Notes: generated by a model from the sequence alone, not told the origin. DNA of 63,099 nucleotides, filler included, from a bacterium (GCA_030615855.1; 6 parts of 6 records of this genome joined end to end with filler, not necessarily neighbours in it); one strand, 5' to 3'; counted from the whole stretch's first letter, positions 1 through 10,087 are shown. Numbers and translations are program-made.

Positions 1-1
1 T

Positions 2-340
2 TCCCTAATTCCTTATTTAGGAGAGACCTTGCTCCGTCTTCCTAATAAGGAAATCCATATTGGTTTTATTGAGAAATGGTGGCTGGTAAATCCTTTAGCC
101 ATTATTGGTATTGGTATTGCTTATTTCAGCCCGACTACCAAATTTCCTCATGCCGGGCATGTCTTACTGAGCACTTGGGCATCATTATTCCATATTATGA
201 TGGCATTGGGTGGAGGAATAAATTGGATATTGGTTATTGTTACTTTCTTATTTTTATTTCTTGCGGTCTGGATACCCTGTTGTATAAGCGATATTGTCTT
301 TCCCTTACTTTTCGTTAAAGAAAATGCAAAAAGTAATTAA
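2..340 (+). CDS. integral membrane protein, C-terminal part (5' end outside window), function unknown
   Basis: Frame is open from base 2; several hydrophobic helices; stop overlaps the next gene. Confidence 0.6.
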   Translation, partial: SLIPYLGETLLRLPNKEIHIGFIEKWWLVNPLAIIGIGIAYFSPTTKFPHAGHVLLSTWASLFHIMMALGGGINWILVIVTFLFLFLAVWIPCCISDIVFPLLFVKENAKSN

Positions 341-1376
341 ATTACTTGAACAGGAAATAAAAGAAGTAGTGGGTTGTACTGAACCGGCGTGCATTGCTTT
401 CGCTTTTTCTAAGGCATCCAGTATTCTAAAAACAAAAACTGGCATAAAAGAATTTTCTGACAGAATAAATGTCAGGGTATATCTTTCTCGGGATATTTAT
501 CGCAATGCTTCTACAGTAAAAATTCCTGTTCTAAAATTGAGAGGTATTAAACCAGCTGTTGCCTGTGGAATTTATACTCCTGTTCCTTCCTTTAACCCCT
601 TTGCTCAAATTGGAAATAAAGAGAAAAGGAAAATTTTAAACCTCATTAAAGAGAAGAATTGGTTGGAAACGATTCCTTTAAAAAAAAGAGGAATTTTTGT
701 CAAGGTAGAGTTGAAAAATAGAAAAAATTGTGTTCAGGTGATAATTGAAGAAAGGCATGATAATATCAAGGAGATAGTTTTAAATGGAAAGAGAATTTTC
801 AGAGGTAAGAGAGAAAGATTACTTCGCATAAAAAATTTGGAAGAAATTAAAAGAATAGTTGAAATCAGAAATAAAAATCTGGAGACCATCGCCAGAAATT
901 TTTTAATTAAACAGGGTAAGGAAAGCGAAAAATATGGTTTTAAAGATATTTTGGAAGCGATAGAAAAATTAGTAGAAAAAAGGATGGAAGGAGAGGAGGT
1001 AAAAATTATTACCATTACGGGTTCAGGAAATCAGGGAATTCTGCTAACTTTACCCTTTTATGAGATTTATAAAAAAACGGGTAATAGAGTAATTTCCGCA
1101 TTTTTGTTCTCTATTCTTGTTCAGATTTATCTAACGCAGGAGGAAGGGAGGATCTCTGATCTATGTGGTTTAGCAAATAAGGTTGCTCCTTCCTTGATTG
1201 CTGGGGTATCGTATTATTATGGAGAAAGTTTATTTGAGATAAAAAAGAGAATGGAATTGGTAAAAGAGGTTTTAAGAGGGTTACTCTGCGAAGGAGCAAA
1301 GAAGAGTTGCGCCTTAAAGGCCCAATTGGTTTCAAGTTCGGTGTTTAAAATTCTTGGGCAATTACCATCTATTTAA
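324..1376 (+). CDS. L-cysteine desulfidase / serine dehydratase alpha-like (CdsB/YhaM family)
   Basis: Motifs GCTEPACIA, TGSGNQG, SDLCG, LCEGAKKSCALK; ATG at 324 chosen over the ORF-track start at 294. Confidence 0.75.
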   Translation: MQKVIKLLEQEIKEVVGCTEPACIAFAFSKASSILKTKTGIKEFSDRINVRVYLSRDIYRNASTVKIPVLKLRGIKPAVACGIYTPVPSFNPFAQIGNKEKRKILNLIKEKNWLETIPLKKRGIFVKVELKNRKNCVQVIIEERHDNIKEIVLNGKRIFRGKRERLLRIKNLEEIKRIVEIRNKNLETIARNFLIKQGKESEKYGFKDILEAIEKLVEKRMEGEEVKIITITGSGNQGILLTLPFYEIYKKTGNRVISAFLFSILVQIYLTQEEGRISDLCGLANKVAPSLIAGVSYYYGESLFEIKKRMELVKEVLRGLLCEGAKKSCALKAQLVSSSVFKILGQLPSI

Positions 1377-1388
1377 AAGGAGAAATAA

Positions 1389-1592
1389 ATGCCTATTTAC
1401 ACTTTTGCCTGTGAGGATTGTGGCGAGAAGTTCGATCTATTAGTAGGGGTTACTGCCGAGAAGGAAGAATTGAAATGCAAGAAATGTGGTAGTAAAAAGA
1501 TTACCAAAGAGATAAGCGGCTTCAGCGTTGGCAAATCATCAAGTTCCAGCAGTGATTCCAGCTGTCCCACTGGAACCTGCCCTTTAGGATGA
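1389..1592 (+). CDS. FmdB-family zinc-ribbon protein
   Basis: MPIYTFACEDCG...CKKCGS and C-terminal CPTGTC; AAGGAG RBS. Confidence 0.85.
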   Translation: MPIYTFACEDCGEKFDLLVGVTAEKEELKCKKCGSKKITKEISGFSVGKSSSSSSDSSCPTGTCPLG

Positions 1593-1655
1593 AGTGGCAA
1601 ACAATGGCTTTCAAAAATGACTCAGAAACCTTTGAAAAAGGGGGGAGGTTGATGT

Positions 1656-2087
1656 ATGAGAATAAGACCTATAGGAATAATAAATACACCATATAAATCC
1701 AAAGAAGAAACTCCCATTCAACCATTCAGATCGAAAGGTATTGGTAAAGTCACAGTCTTCAAAGAATACCAAGAAGGACTAAAGGATATAGAGGGATTTT
1801 CCCATATCATTCTCATTTATAAGTTCCACAGATCAAGGGGCTATCGATTGATGGTGGAGCCTTTTGTAAATAATGAATTACGCGGCCTCTTTGCCACAAG
1901 ATATCCGAGAAGGCCGAACCAGATAGGCTTAACTGTGGTTAATCTATTAAGAAGGAAGAACAATATTCTTTTTGTAAGAGGCATCGATGTAGTAGATGAG
2001 ACCCCACTCCTTGATATCAAACCTTATGTCCCTGAATTCGGACCAAAGACAAAGGTGAAAATAGGCTGGCTAAAGGGAAAGATATGA
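1656..2087 (+). CDS. tsaA: tRNA (m6t6A37) methyltransferase TsaA/TrmO-like
   Basis: IRPIGII, FSHIILIYKFH, GLFATRYPRRPNQIG, TPLLDIKPY; GGAGG RBS. Confidence 0.85.
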   Translation: MRIRPIGIINTPYKSKEETPIQPFRSKGIGKVTVFKEYQEGLKDIEGFSHIILIYKFHRSRGYRLMVEPFVNNELRGLFATRYPRRPNQIGLTVVNLLRRKNNILFVRGIDVVDETPLLDIKPYVPEFGPKTKVKIGWLKGKI

Positions 2088-2941
2088 AACAAATTGTTAT
2101 TATCAGTGGGAAAGGAGGCACAGGGAAAACGGTCATTACCGCCTCTTTTGCTACTTTGGCTAAAAATAAAGTAATAGCGGATTGTGATGTGGATGCCCCT
2201 AATCTGCATCTTATTCTAAAGCCCGAGGTTTTAAAATCATATCCTTTCCAGAGTGGCTTTGATATCGTCAAGGATGATTCAAAATGCAATTTCTGTCGGG
2301 AGTGTCAGAAGGTTTGTCGCTTTGATGCCATCCGGGATGACCTGTCTATCGATCCTGTAGCCTGTGAGGCTTGTGGGGTCTGCGTAGAGGTATGTCCCCA
2401 GAAAGCATTGAAACTGGTTCCCAAAGTCTCAGGCACTACCTATCTCTCCCGAACAAAGTATGGCCCTTTCTCCCATGCTAAGTTAGGAATTGCTGAGGAG
2501 AATTCTGGCAAGTTGGTTAGTGAGGTGAGGAAGAATGCGGTCAATATGGCTGAAGAAGAGAATAAGGATTTAATTATTATCGATGGTCCCCCAGGGATCG
2601 GCTGCCCGGTCATCGCCTCAGTTACTGGGGCCAATTTGGCATTAATCGTTACTGAACCTACTCTATCTGGAATATGGGACTTGGAACGTGCTCTGGAATT
2701 AACCAGACATTTTCAGATAAGAACCTTGGTCTGCATCAATAAATATGACCTCAACCTTAAGAATAGTCAGAATATTGAAAAATTCTGTAAAGAGAGTAGA
2801 ATAGAGATAGCAGGCCGGATATCCTTTAATCCCCAGGTAACTAAAGCTATGGTTCAGGGAAAAACCATTATGGAATATCCAGAAAGTCCACCAGCCAGAG
2901 AGGTAGAAGAGATGTGGGAGAAAGTAAGGGGTACCGGGTGA
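2084..2941 (+). CDS. MinD-superfamily P-loop ATPase with inserted 2x[4Fe-4S] ferredoxin domain
   Basis: SGKGGTGKT, DCDVDAPN, two CxxCxxCxxxC motifs, DGPPGIGCP. Confidence 0.85.
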   Translation: MKQIVIISGKGGTGKTVITASFATLAKNKVIADCDVDAPNLHLILKPEVLKSYPFQSGFDIVKDDSKCNFCRECQKVCRFDAIRDDLSIDPVACEACGVCVEVCPQKALKLVPKVSGTTYLSRTKYGPFSHAKLGIAEENSGKLVSEVRKNAVNMAEEENKDLIIIDGPPGIGCPVIASVTGANLALIVTEPTLSGIWDLERALELTRHFQIRTLVCINKYDLNLKNSQNIEKFCKESRIEIAGRISFNPQVTKAMVQGKTIMEYPESPPAREVEEMWEKVRGTG

Positions 2942-3110
2942 TCAGGTTATCGGGTAATCGGTGAACAGTAAAAAGTAAAAGAGCGAGAAAGGGGGTAGAT
3001 AAATAGCGAAAGACGAGGAACGAAGGATGATTCAAGAGCAACCGATATTAACTGTTGTTAACCGTTATTAACTGATATTAACTGAGAGTAGGAAGTAAGG
3101 CGAGGACAAG

Positions 3111-3926
3111 ATGGAGAAGCGTAATCTGGAAGAGGAGAAGAGGCTTCTCAAAGAGAAGTTGAAGACCATAAAACATAAGATTTTTATCATCAGTAATAAG
3201 GGAGGGGTAGGCAAGAGTAGTGTGGCGGTCAATTTAGCGGTCGCCTTAGCCCAGGATACGTATCAAGTAGGGCTTCTGGATGCCGACCTTCATGGTCCGA
3301 GCATTGCCAAGATGTTGAGGATCGAAGGTCAAACATTGAGGGGCGGTGAGAATAAGATCATTCCCTTTCCCATCTATTCCAATCTCAAAGTAGTCTCTAT
3401 TGCTTTACTATTAGAGAGTCCGGATTCTCCTCTCATCTGGAGGGGACCACTTAAAATAAAGGCCCTCCAGCAGTTTTTAAAAGATGTGGAGTGGGGGGAG
3501 TTAGATTATTTAGTAGTTGACCTACCACCAGGAACCGGGGATGAGCCATTATCCATCTGTCAATTCATCCCTGAAGCAGATGGGGGAGTTGTGGTTACTA
3601 CACCTCAGGATATTGCTCTTTTAGATTCTCGTAAATGCATCTCTTTCTTGAGGGCATTAAAGATTCCGGTATTGGGTATCTTAGAGAATATGACGGAGTT
3701 CATCTGTCCTCATTGTGGGAAGAAAACAGAGCTCTTTGGTTCTGGAGGGGGAGAGAAAGCCTCCCGGGAGATGAAGGTTCCCTTCTTAGGGAAGGTCCCC
3801 TTTGAGAAGAGGATTGTGGAATCTACGGATGAGGGAAGGCCATTCATTGCCGAGTATGGGGAGACAGAGACTGCTCGGGTCTTTAAAGAGGTCGTTTCCC
3901 GAATAATTGGGGAGATTGAGAAGTGA
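3111..3926 (+). CDS. mrp: Mrp/NBP35 (ApbC) Fe-S carrier ATPase
   Basis: SNKGGVGKS, DADLHGPS, WRGP, DLPPGTGD, ENM..FICPHC. Confidence 0.9.
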   Translation: MEKRNLEEEKRLLKEKLKTIKHKIFIISNKGGVGKSSVAVNLAVALAQDTYQVGLLDADLHGPSIAKMLRIEGQTLRGGENKIIPFPIYSNLKVVSIALLLESPDSPLIWRGPLKIKALQQFLKDVEWGELDYLVVDLPPGTGDEPLSICQFIPEADGGVVVTTPQDIALLDSRKCISFLRALKIPVLGILENMTEFICPHCGKKTELFGSGGGEKASREMKVPFLGKVPFEKRIVESTDEGRPFIAEYGETETARVFKEVVSRIIGEIEK

Positions 3927-4207
3927 GAAGATTTGAAAAGATAGATAGGGCAAGAAACCTACTTGGACTGGGAGAAGAAGCAAGCTTAGAAGAGATAAAG
4001 AGGACCTATCGGGAATTGGCTAAGAAGTTCCATCCGGATAAGAAGAGGGGCGATAAGAGGAAGATGCAGGAGATAAACCAGGCCTATAAGGACCTCTTGA
4101 GTTACTGTGAGAACTATCGCTATCCTTTGAGTAAGGAGAGGATAGCGAAAGAGGATCGGAGGAGTAGGCTGGAAGAGCGCTTCAAGGACGACTGGCTCAT
4201 GAGGTAA
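3923..4207 (+). CDS. small J-domain protein
   Basis: LLGL...EIKRTYRELAKKFHPD...MQEINQAY. Confidence 0.85.
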   Translation: MRRFEKIDRARNLLGLGEEASLEEIKRTYRELAKKFHPDKKRGDKRKMQEINQAYKDLLSYCENYRYPLSKERIAKEDRRSRLEERFKDDWLMR

Positions 4208-4253
4208 AATGATTACGGCGATTATTTAGATGATTATGGCGATGTGATCACCA

Positions 4254-4928
4254 ATGGGATTAAAAATTGATGCTTTAAAGTATGATCAGTGGTATCGATC
4301 ACCAAAAGGGAGTTATGTCGGTGATTTAGAGAGAGAACTCCTAACAGACTTAATGAGGCCAGAGAGGGGGGAAAGTCTTCTCGATGTCGGTTGCGGGACA
4401 GGATATTTCTCCTTCTATTTCTACCAGTTAGGACTCAAGATTACTGGTCTGGATAATTCAGAAGAGATGCTCAATGTGGCACGGAGTAAGATCAAGAAGA
4501 AGGGAGATATTGAGTTCATCTCTGGAGAAGCAACCAGCCTTCCTTTTTCGGACAATTCCTTTGATATCGTTACTCTCATTACCAGTCTGGGATTCATAAA
4601 AGAACCGAGTAAAGCGATTAGAGAAGCCTTCCGGGTAGCAAGCAAGAGGGTAGTTTTAGGAACTCTAAATAAATACAGTATCTGGGCTCTTTATCGGAGG
4701 ATAGAAGGATTATTCAGGCCCACAGTATATAACGAGACAAGGTTCTACTCCTTAAAGGGATTACGGAACCTCGTCATCCCTCAAGCGGAGAATAGTAAGA
4801 TCATCTGGAGAAGCATCCTATTCTTGCCTTCTTTCCCCCGATTGCGAAGAATAGAAAAGAACCTGTCCAGATTCAAAATTCCCTTTGGAGCTTTCTTGGT
4901 CTTAGTAGTTGAACTGCAAAAAGAGTAA
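4254..4928 (+). CDS. class I SAM-dependent methyltransferase
   Basis: LLDVGCGTG motif I; LPFSDNSFDIV. Confidence 0.85.
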   Translation: MGLKIDALKYDQWYRSPKGSYVGDLERELLTDLMRPERGESLLDVGCGTGYFSFYFYQLGLKITGLDNSEEMLNVARSKIKKKGDIEFISGEATSLPFSDNSFDIVTLITSLGFIKEPSKAIREAFRVASKRVVLGTLNKYSIWALYRRIEGLFRPTVYNETRFYSLKGLRNLVIPQAENSKIIWRSILFLPSFPRLRRIEKNLSRFKIPFGAFLVLVVELQKE

Positions 4929-5077
4929 AGGTTACTAACAGTTACTATCGGTTACTAATTGGTTACTAACGGTTACCAAAAAGCAACTATTGGTAACAGT
5001 CGCGATTTATCGAGATGTAGTAACTGCTCGTAACAGTGAAGCGTAGTAACCATTTTGTATAGAGGAGGTCTAACGAG

Positions 5078-5443
5078 ATGAAAATAGCCATATCCACAGA
5101 CGGTGACCAGGTCTCCGCCCATTTTGGGAGGTGCCCTTCCTTTACCCTAATAGAGGTTGAGGATAGCAAAGTCAAAAGTAAAGAAGTCATTCCTAACCCT
5201 GGTCATCACCCTGGTTTCCTACCCCAGTTCTTTCATGAAAGGGGTGTGGAATGTATTATCGCTGGAGGGGCGGGACAAAGAGCTCAGAGCCTTTTTGCCG
5301 AAAGAGGGATTAAGTTAATCGTAGGAATAAGTGGCAAGGTAGATGACACCATTGAGAAACTGCTCAAAGGCGAGTTAAAAGGCGGGGAAAGCCTCTGTCG
5401 GCCGGGAGCAGGTGAGGGTTATGGGATCCCTAAAACAGAGTAA
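5078..5443 (+). CDS. NifB/NifX-family cofactor-binding protein
   Basis: MKIAIS...VSAHFGRCPSF...IIAGGAG; GGAGG RBS. Confidence 0.85.
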   Translation: MKIAISTDGDQVSAHFGRCPSFTLIEVEDSKVKSKEVIPNPGHHPGFLPQFFHERGVECIIAGGAGQRAQSLFAERGIKLIVGISGKVDDTIEKLLKGELKGGESLCRPGAGEGYGIPKTE

Positions 5444-7760
5444 CGCAAAGACGCCAAACGCTAAACCACAAAATACCTTACTTAAAGAAATAGTACTTTT
5501 TTCTTTTTGCTTAATTATCTTACTAAGTCTTATTCCGGCCTACGCTGAGGCTACGGTGGGTAGGCCGGTTCAGAATGAATTCGTTCGGGTAGAGGTCCTC
5601 TCCTCCCGGAATGAAAAAGGTCCTATTTCTAAAGACCTCTTTCGCTATCCACCCCAGGCTCAGCACCTCTCCTTAAAGATACTGAGCGGGTCCCATAGAG
5701 GAGAAATAGTCAGTTTTGACAATCATCTGGTTGGCCATCGGGGCTATGACATCTTCCTCGATCCTGGGGATAAAGTTCTTGTTCAGATAATCACCACACT
5801 TAGCGGGGAGATCTCCTCCCTCTCCTTAGTGAGCCATATAAGGGATAGGTTCATCCTGCTTCTCATCCTCTTCTTTCTCCTTTCCTTAGTTCTGATGGGA
5901 GGCCTGAAGAAGGGTCTATCCACCGCTCTCTCCCTAATCCTCACCCTGGGCCTGGTCTTCTTCATTATGCTTCCCCTCTTAAAGCTCGGCTTTCCGCCAT
6001 TATTAGTGGGAGTCCTCATCTCCATTATTGCTGCTGCCCTAACCCTCTATTTAATCGGTGGAGGAGGGGTTAAAAGCCTTTCCGCCATCCTGAGCACCAT
6101 TATGGGAGTTCTGATCGTTGGGGGGTTGGCCCTGGTCGGTGCTCACTTCATGCACCTCAATGGTTATCATATGGAGGAATCGAAGACCCTGGTCTTCTAC
6201 CTCCGTCACTCTCTAACCTGCCGATTGAGCGATTTGCGGGGCCTCCTCCTGGTAGGAATTATTATCGGTGGGTTGGGAGTAATGATGGATGTGGCCATCA
6301 GTATGGCCTCCAGTGTCTATGAGATAAAGGGGGCTCACCCCAAGATCAGCCAGAAGGAACTGGTTAAGAGTGGGATGAACGTGGGAAGGGATATCATGGC
6401 CACCATGGCCAATAGCCTCATCCTGGCCTATCTGGGCCTCACCCTTCCCCTAATCCTGACCTTTATGATTATGGGTACCCCCTTCTTGCGTATCTCTAAC
6501 TGGGCCTTCCTGGATGTCGAGATCCTGGCTGCCCTGGCAGGGAGTATCGGCTTTGTCCTGGTCATTCCTCTAACAGTAATAATAACTACTACCCTTTTAT
6601 ACAAGAGGATTCCCTTCTCCGGAATCAAAAGGGCAGCAATCATTCTTCTGCTACTTCTGACCCTGGGAACCGGGGTTCATGCTAAAGATGGCGGGGAGCT
6701 TCTACCGGAGTCTGAGCTTCGCACCCATCCCCTGGTCTTCATTAAGGAAAGAGAGGAGGAGTTTGTTCGGGGAAAGGTTTTAGATATAGATAGAAAAGGC
6801 CCTAAAGAAGAGATAATCACCTTTAAGGTCTTAGGGGGAAGATATAAGAATAGAGTAGTGGATGTACCAAATTACCTAACAGGTAGACCCCAGTACGACC
6901 TTCTATTCAAAGAGGGCGACCAGGCACTCCTTCGCCTATCCCAGGAAGAGTTCTTCATCGCTGACTATGTTCGAGATAGGTTTCTATTCATTCTGGCGGG
7001 AGTATTCATTGCTCTTCTAATCCTGATTGGTAGAGCAAAGGGCCTGCGCACCGCCCTGGCTCTGGGGATAACCTTAGCTCTGGTCCTCTTCCTCTTCCTG
7101 CCTCTTATTAGACTCGGGTTTCCCCCTCTTCCCTTGAGTATTCTGGTCTCCATTCTAGCCACTCTATTTACTCTCTATCTTGTGGCCGGCTTTGGAATTA
7201 AGGGACACTGCGCTATTCTGGGAACCTCCCTGGGTATCCTCATCGCCGCTTTTCTATCCTTAGGAGCAAAGGAGATTTTAAAGATTACTGGCTTCAGCTC
7301 TGAAGGGATAAGGGCCTTAAGTTACTTCTCCCGCCATTATGGAGGAGACCTTATTACCGATATGGGAGGTGTTCTTACCTCAGCCATCATTATTGGTGCC
7401 CTGGGTGTAGTCATGGATGTAGCCATTACTGTCTCTTCTAGTATGTCAGAGATAAAGGGGGCCTATCCCGGGATCGGCCAGAAGGAACTGGTCAAGAGGG
7501 GAATGAACGTGGGAAGAGATATCATGGCCACCATGGCCAATAGTCTCATCCTGGTCTATCTGGGGGGAGGTCTATTAGCCCTCATGATCTATATCGCGGG
7601 AGAATTTCCCCTCATTCAAATCATGAATACAGAATTTGTTGCCTTAGAGGTAACCCGGGCCTTGGCAGGAAGCCTGGGATTTGTCTTCGTCATTCCTGCT
7701 ACGGCTCTCATCAGTGGGTACTGGCTATCTAAACCACTGAGAACACGAAAGAGCAAGTGA
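5412..7760 (+). CDS. tandem (two-module) YibE/F-family membrane protein; start uncertain
   Basis: Two copies of IIG.LGV.MDVAI...GMNVGRDIMATMANSLIL.Y.G, each preceded by a signal-like segment and an extracytoplasmic domain. Confidence 0.8.
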   Translation: MRVMGSLKQSNAKTPNAKPQNTLLKEIVLFSFCLIILLSLIPAYAEATVGRPVQNEFVRVEVLSSRNEKGPISKDLFRYPPQAQHLSLKILSGSHRGEIVSFDNHLVGHRGYDIFLDPGDKVLVQIITTLSGEISSLSLVSHIRDRFILLLILFFLLSLVLMGGLKKGLSTALSLILTLGLVFFIMLPLLKLGFPPLLVGVLISIIAAALTLYLIGGGGVKSLSAILSTIMGVLIVGGLALVGAHFMHLNGYHMEESKTLVFYLRHSLTCRLSDLRGLLLVGIIIGGLGVMMDVAISMASSVYEIKGAHPKISQKELVKSGMNVGRDIMATMANSLILAYLGLTLPLILTFMIMGTPFLRISNWAFLDVEILAALAGSIGFVLVIPLTVIITTTLLYKRIPFSGIKRAAIILLLLLTLGTGVHAKDGGELLPESELRTHPLVFIKEREEEFVRGKVLDIDRKGPKEEIITFKVLGGRYKNRVVDVPNYLTGRPQYDLLFKEGDQALLRLSQEEFFIADYVRDRFLFILAGVFIALLILIGRAKGLRTALALGITLALVLFLFLPLIRLGFPPLPLSILVSILATLFTLYLVAGFGIKGHCAILGTSLGILIAAFLSLGAKEILKITGFSSEGIRALSYFSRHYGGDLITDMGGVLTSAIIIGALGVVMDVAITVSSSMSEIKGAYPGIGQKELVKRGMNVGRDIMATMANSLILVYLGGGLLALMIYIAGEFPLIQIMNTEFVALEVTRALAGSLGFVFVIPATALISGYWLSKPLRTRKSK

Positions 7761-7874
7761 GAAAGTGGGAAAGTGGGAAAGTGAGTTGATAAGCTATCAA
7801 TCTATTAAGTATCTGTGATCTGTGGCAATCTGTATTTTATCTGTGTGAATCTGTGTTGTAAGGAGGTAAAGAGA

Positions 7875-8189
7875 ATGAAAATTGCCGTATCATCTACCGG
7901 AGGTTCATTGAGCGCTCAGGTGAGTGAGAAGTTTGGCCGGGCACAGTATTTCCTCATCGTTGATTCTGATACTATGAAATTCGATGTGGTGCCCAACCCC
8001 TATACCGGTGAACTATCCGGGGTAGGTCCTCATACTGCCTCTCTCATTGCCAAGCATGGAGCAGAGGTGGTTTTGACCGGCGCCTGCGGCCCCAATGCTA
8101 AGGCAGCTTTAGAAAGCGCCGGAGTCAAGGTAATAACCGGAATAAGTGGTACTGTCTCAGAAGCAGTGAAAGGATATAGTGGGAAGTAA
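7875..8189 (+). CDS. NifB/NifX-family cofactor-binding protein
   Basis: MKIAVSS...FGRAQYF...VLTGACGPNA; AAGGAGGT RBS before ATG 7875 (the upstream ORF extension is repeat DNA). Confidence 0.85.
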   Translation: MKIAVSSTGGSLSAQVSEKFGRAQYFLIVDSDTMKFDVVPNPYTGELSGVGPHTASLIAKHGAEVVLTGACGPNAKAALESAGVKVITGISGTVSEAVKGYSGK

Positions 8190-8805
8190 CAGAATCGGAA
8201 TAGCCATTGTTAAAAAAGAACCTGTAGGAATTGAGAGAGTGAAATCTTCGGATAAACACTGCCATTTTGTTGGCCAGGCCAGAGGAGGGACTGTTCTTTA
8301 TGCCCGAGGCGAAGATATCTCCTGCCCTCTGGCCAGATTTTATTTAGGACTTGAAAGAAAGAATTTAAGAGATCTCTCACGAACTTTGGTAAAAGAACTC
8401 TCTCAGACTTTAGTTAGCTGGGATGATGCTATTGATGAGAAGGTAGCCTTAAGCTATTTGAATTCAGGCCATTGTCTAAAAGAGAGCGAAAAATGTATTA
8501 TCTACTTTCCTTATCCCACCAAAAATCTAAAAGCAGATGTCATCATTATCATAGACAATCCTCAAGAGATTATGATTCTGGTGCAGAAATTTTCTCGCAC
8601 TACGGGGAAAAGAATTAAGGCCAGTATGAGTGGCATTGGAGCCATATGTGGGGAGTGCACCGCTTATCCCTTGATAACCGGTCAGGCCAATGTTTCTTTA
8701 GGCTGTTATGGTTCAAGGCCGGGAGTAAATTTAAGTAAAGAGGAACTTTTCTTAAGCATTCCTACCGATTCCCGGGTAGCCAAAATTTTATTGGAAGGAA
8801 AGTAA
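8179..8805 (+). CDS. DUF169-family protein
   Basis: HCHFV, ISCPLA, AICGEC, SLGCYGSR Cys pattern. Confidence 0.7.
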   Translation: MGSNRIGIAIVKKEPVGIERVKSSDKHCHFVGQARGGTVLYARGEDISCPLARFYLGLERKNLRDLSRTLVKELSQTLVSWDDAIDEKVALSYLNSGHCLKESEKCIIYFPYPTKNLKADVIIIIDNPQEIMILVQKFSRTTGKRIKASMSGIGAICGECTAYPLITGQANVSLGCYGSRPGVNLSKEELFLSIPTDSRVAKILLEGK

Positions 8806-8807
8806 CT

Positions 8808-9596
8808 ATGTATAAAAGAATTCTTGTTATTGTTTTATTTTCTGTTTTGGTTCCCGCAGCAGCTACCGCCCAGGATATATCTTTTACTATCTTGTACAAT
8901 AATGTTCCCTATAATGAGGAACTTACTACTGCCTGGGGCTTCTCCTGCCTCATTGAGGGTTTAGAAAAGACCATCCTCTTCGATACTGGGGGCGATGGTG
9001 AAATACTATTATCCAATATGGAGAAACTGAAGGTCGATCCTCAAAAGATAGATATCGTAGTCATCTCCCATATCCACTGGGACCATAGGGGAGGGTTGTT
9101 AAGTTTCTTAGATAAGAATAATAAAGTCACCGTCTATTTACCGACCTCTCTACCTCAAGATTTTAAGGAGAAGGTGAAGAGAAAAGGAGCTAATGTAGTC
9201 TCTATCCATAATCCAGTAAAAATCTGCGAAAATGTTCATTCCACTGGAGAATTGTCCGGCTTTGCCGGATGGATAAAGGAGCAGTCCTTAGTTATTGATA
9301 CTCCAAAAGGTCTGATGGTTGTTACTGGCTGTGCCCATCCGGGGGTAGTAAATATTGTGAGAAATGCCCAAGAGTTACTAAAAAAGGAAAGGGTTTACCT
9401 TGTCCTGGGAGGATTCCACCTCTTAGCCTATAGCGAACCCCAAGTCAAAAGAATCATTAAAAACCTGAAAGCAATTGGTGTTAAGAAGGTTGGCCCTTCC
9501 CATTGTACGGGAGGAAGGCCGATAGAATTATTCCGGAAGGCCTGGGGAGAAGACTTCTTCGATCTGGGCTGTGGCGCAAGATTAAAAATAGAGTGA
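8808..9596 (+). CDS. MBL-fold metallohydrolase with signal peptide
   Basis: WGFS, LFDTG, SHIHWDHRGG, TGCAHPG, GGFHL, SHCTG. Confidence 0.85.
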   Translation: MYKRILVIVLFSVLVPAAATAQDISFTILYNNVPYNEELTTAWGFSCLIEGLEKTILFDTGGDGEILLSNMEKLKVDPQKIDIVVISHIHWDHRGGLLSFLDKNNKVTVYLPTSLPQDFKEKVKRKGANVVSIHNPVKICENVHSTGELSGFAGWIKEQSLVIDTPKGLMVVTGCAHPGVVNIVRNAQELLKKERVYLVLGGFHLLAYSEPQVKRIIKNLKAIGVKKVGPSHCTGGRPIELFRKAWGEDFFDLGCGARLKIE

Positions 9597-9599
9597 GTG

Positions 9600-9794
9600 A
9601 TGGCGAAAGAATTAGGAATTAGCAAAAGAAAAGAACTGGCGATTAAAGCAGCTAAAGAAGCAGGTAAGATATTAAAGGTTCATTTTGGTCGGACCATTCA
9701 GGTCAGGAGCAAAGGGGAGAGGAGCTTGGTTACTGATATCGATCTAAAGGCAGAAGAGAAGATTGTAGACCTGATTAAGAAGAACTATCCGGAA
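9600..9794 (+). CDS. inositol monophosphatase family, N-terminal fragment (contig end)
   Basis: LAIKAAKEAGKIL...LVTDIDLKAEEKI; similar to the gene at 34891-35679. Confidence 0.75.
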
Positions 9795-9894
9795 NNNNNN
9801 NNNNNNNNNNNNNNNNNNNNNNNNNNNNNNNNNNNNNNTTAATTAATTAANNNNNNNNNNNNNNNNNNNNNNNNNNNNNNNNNNNNNNNNNNNN
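9795..9894. other. artificial scaffold linker
   Basis: N-run + TTAATTAATTAA + N-run, 100 bp. Confidence 0.98.
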
Positions 9895-10087
9895 TTCCCA
9901 CAACACTTCCCAGTTCATCGATGAGAACCTCATCGAATCCCACTCTTCTCATCTCCCGGGCAATGCGTTTAGCAACCTTTTCCTCTTCCCCCGAAGGACT
10001 GGGAATGGCGATGATTTCTCGCAGGAATTTAATTACTTCCTTTTCATTCTTCTGCGCCTGTTGAACAATTTCTTTAGCAGTTACCAT
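9895..10087 (-). CDS. ygeY: YgeY-like M20 hydrolase, N-terminal fragment
   Basis: FLREIIAIPSPSGEE...GFDEVLIDELGSVVG; downstream of ssnA. Confidence 0.7.

Noticed and set aside
1389-1650. Selenocysteine read-through at the TGA of the FmdB-like gene
   Set aside because: The TGA is not at a Cys-equivalent position, the extension is uninformative and no SECIS-like hairpin is evident
6321-7564. Diversity-generating retroelement template/variable repeat pair
   Set aside because: Differences are not adenine-specific, both copies are in-frame parts of one duplicated protein, and no reverse transcriptase is present
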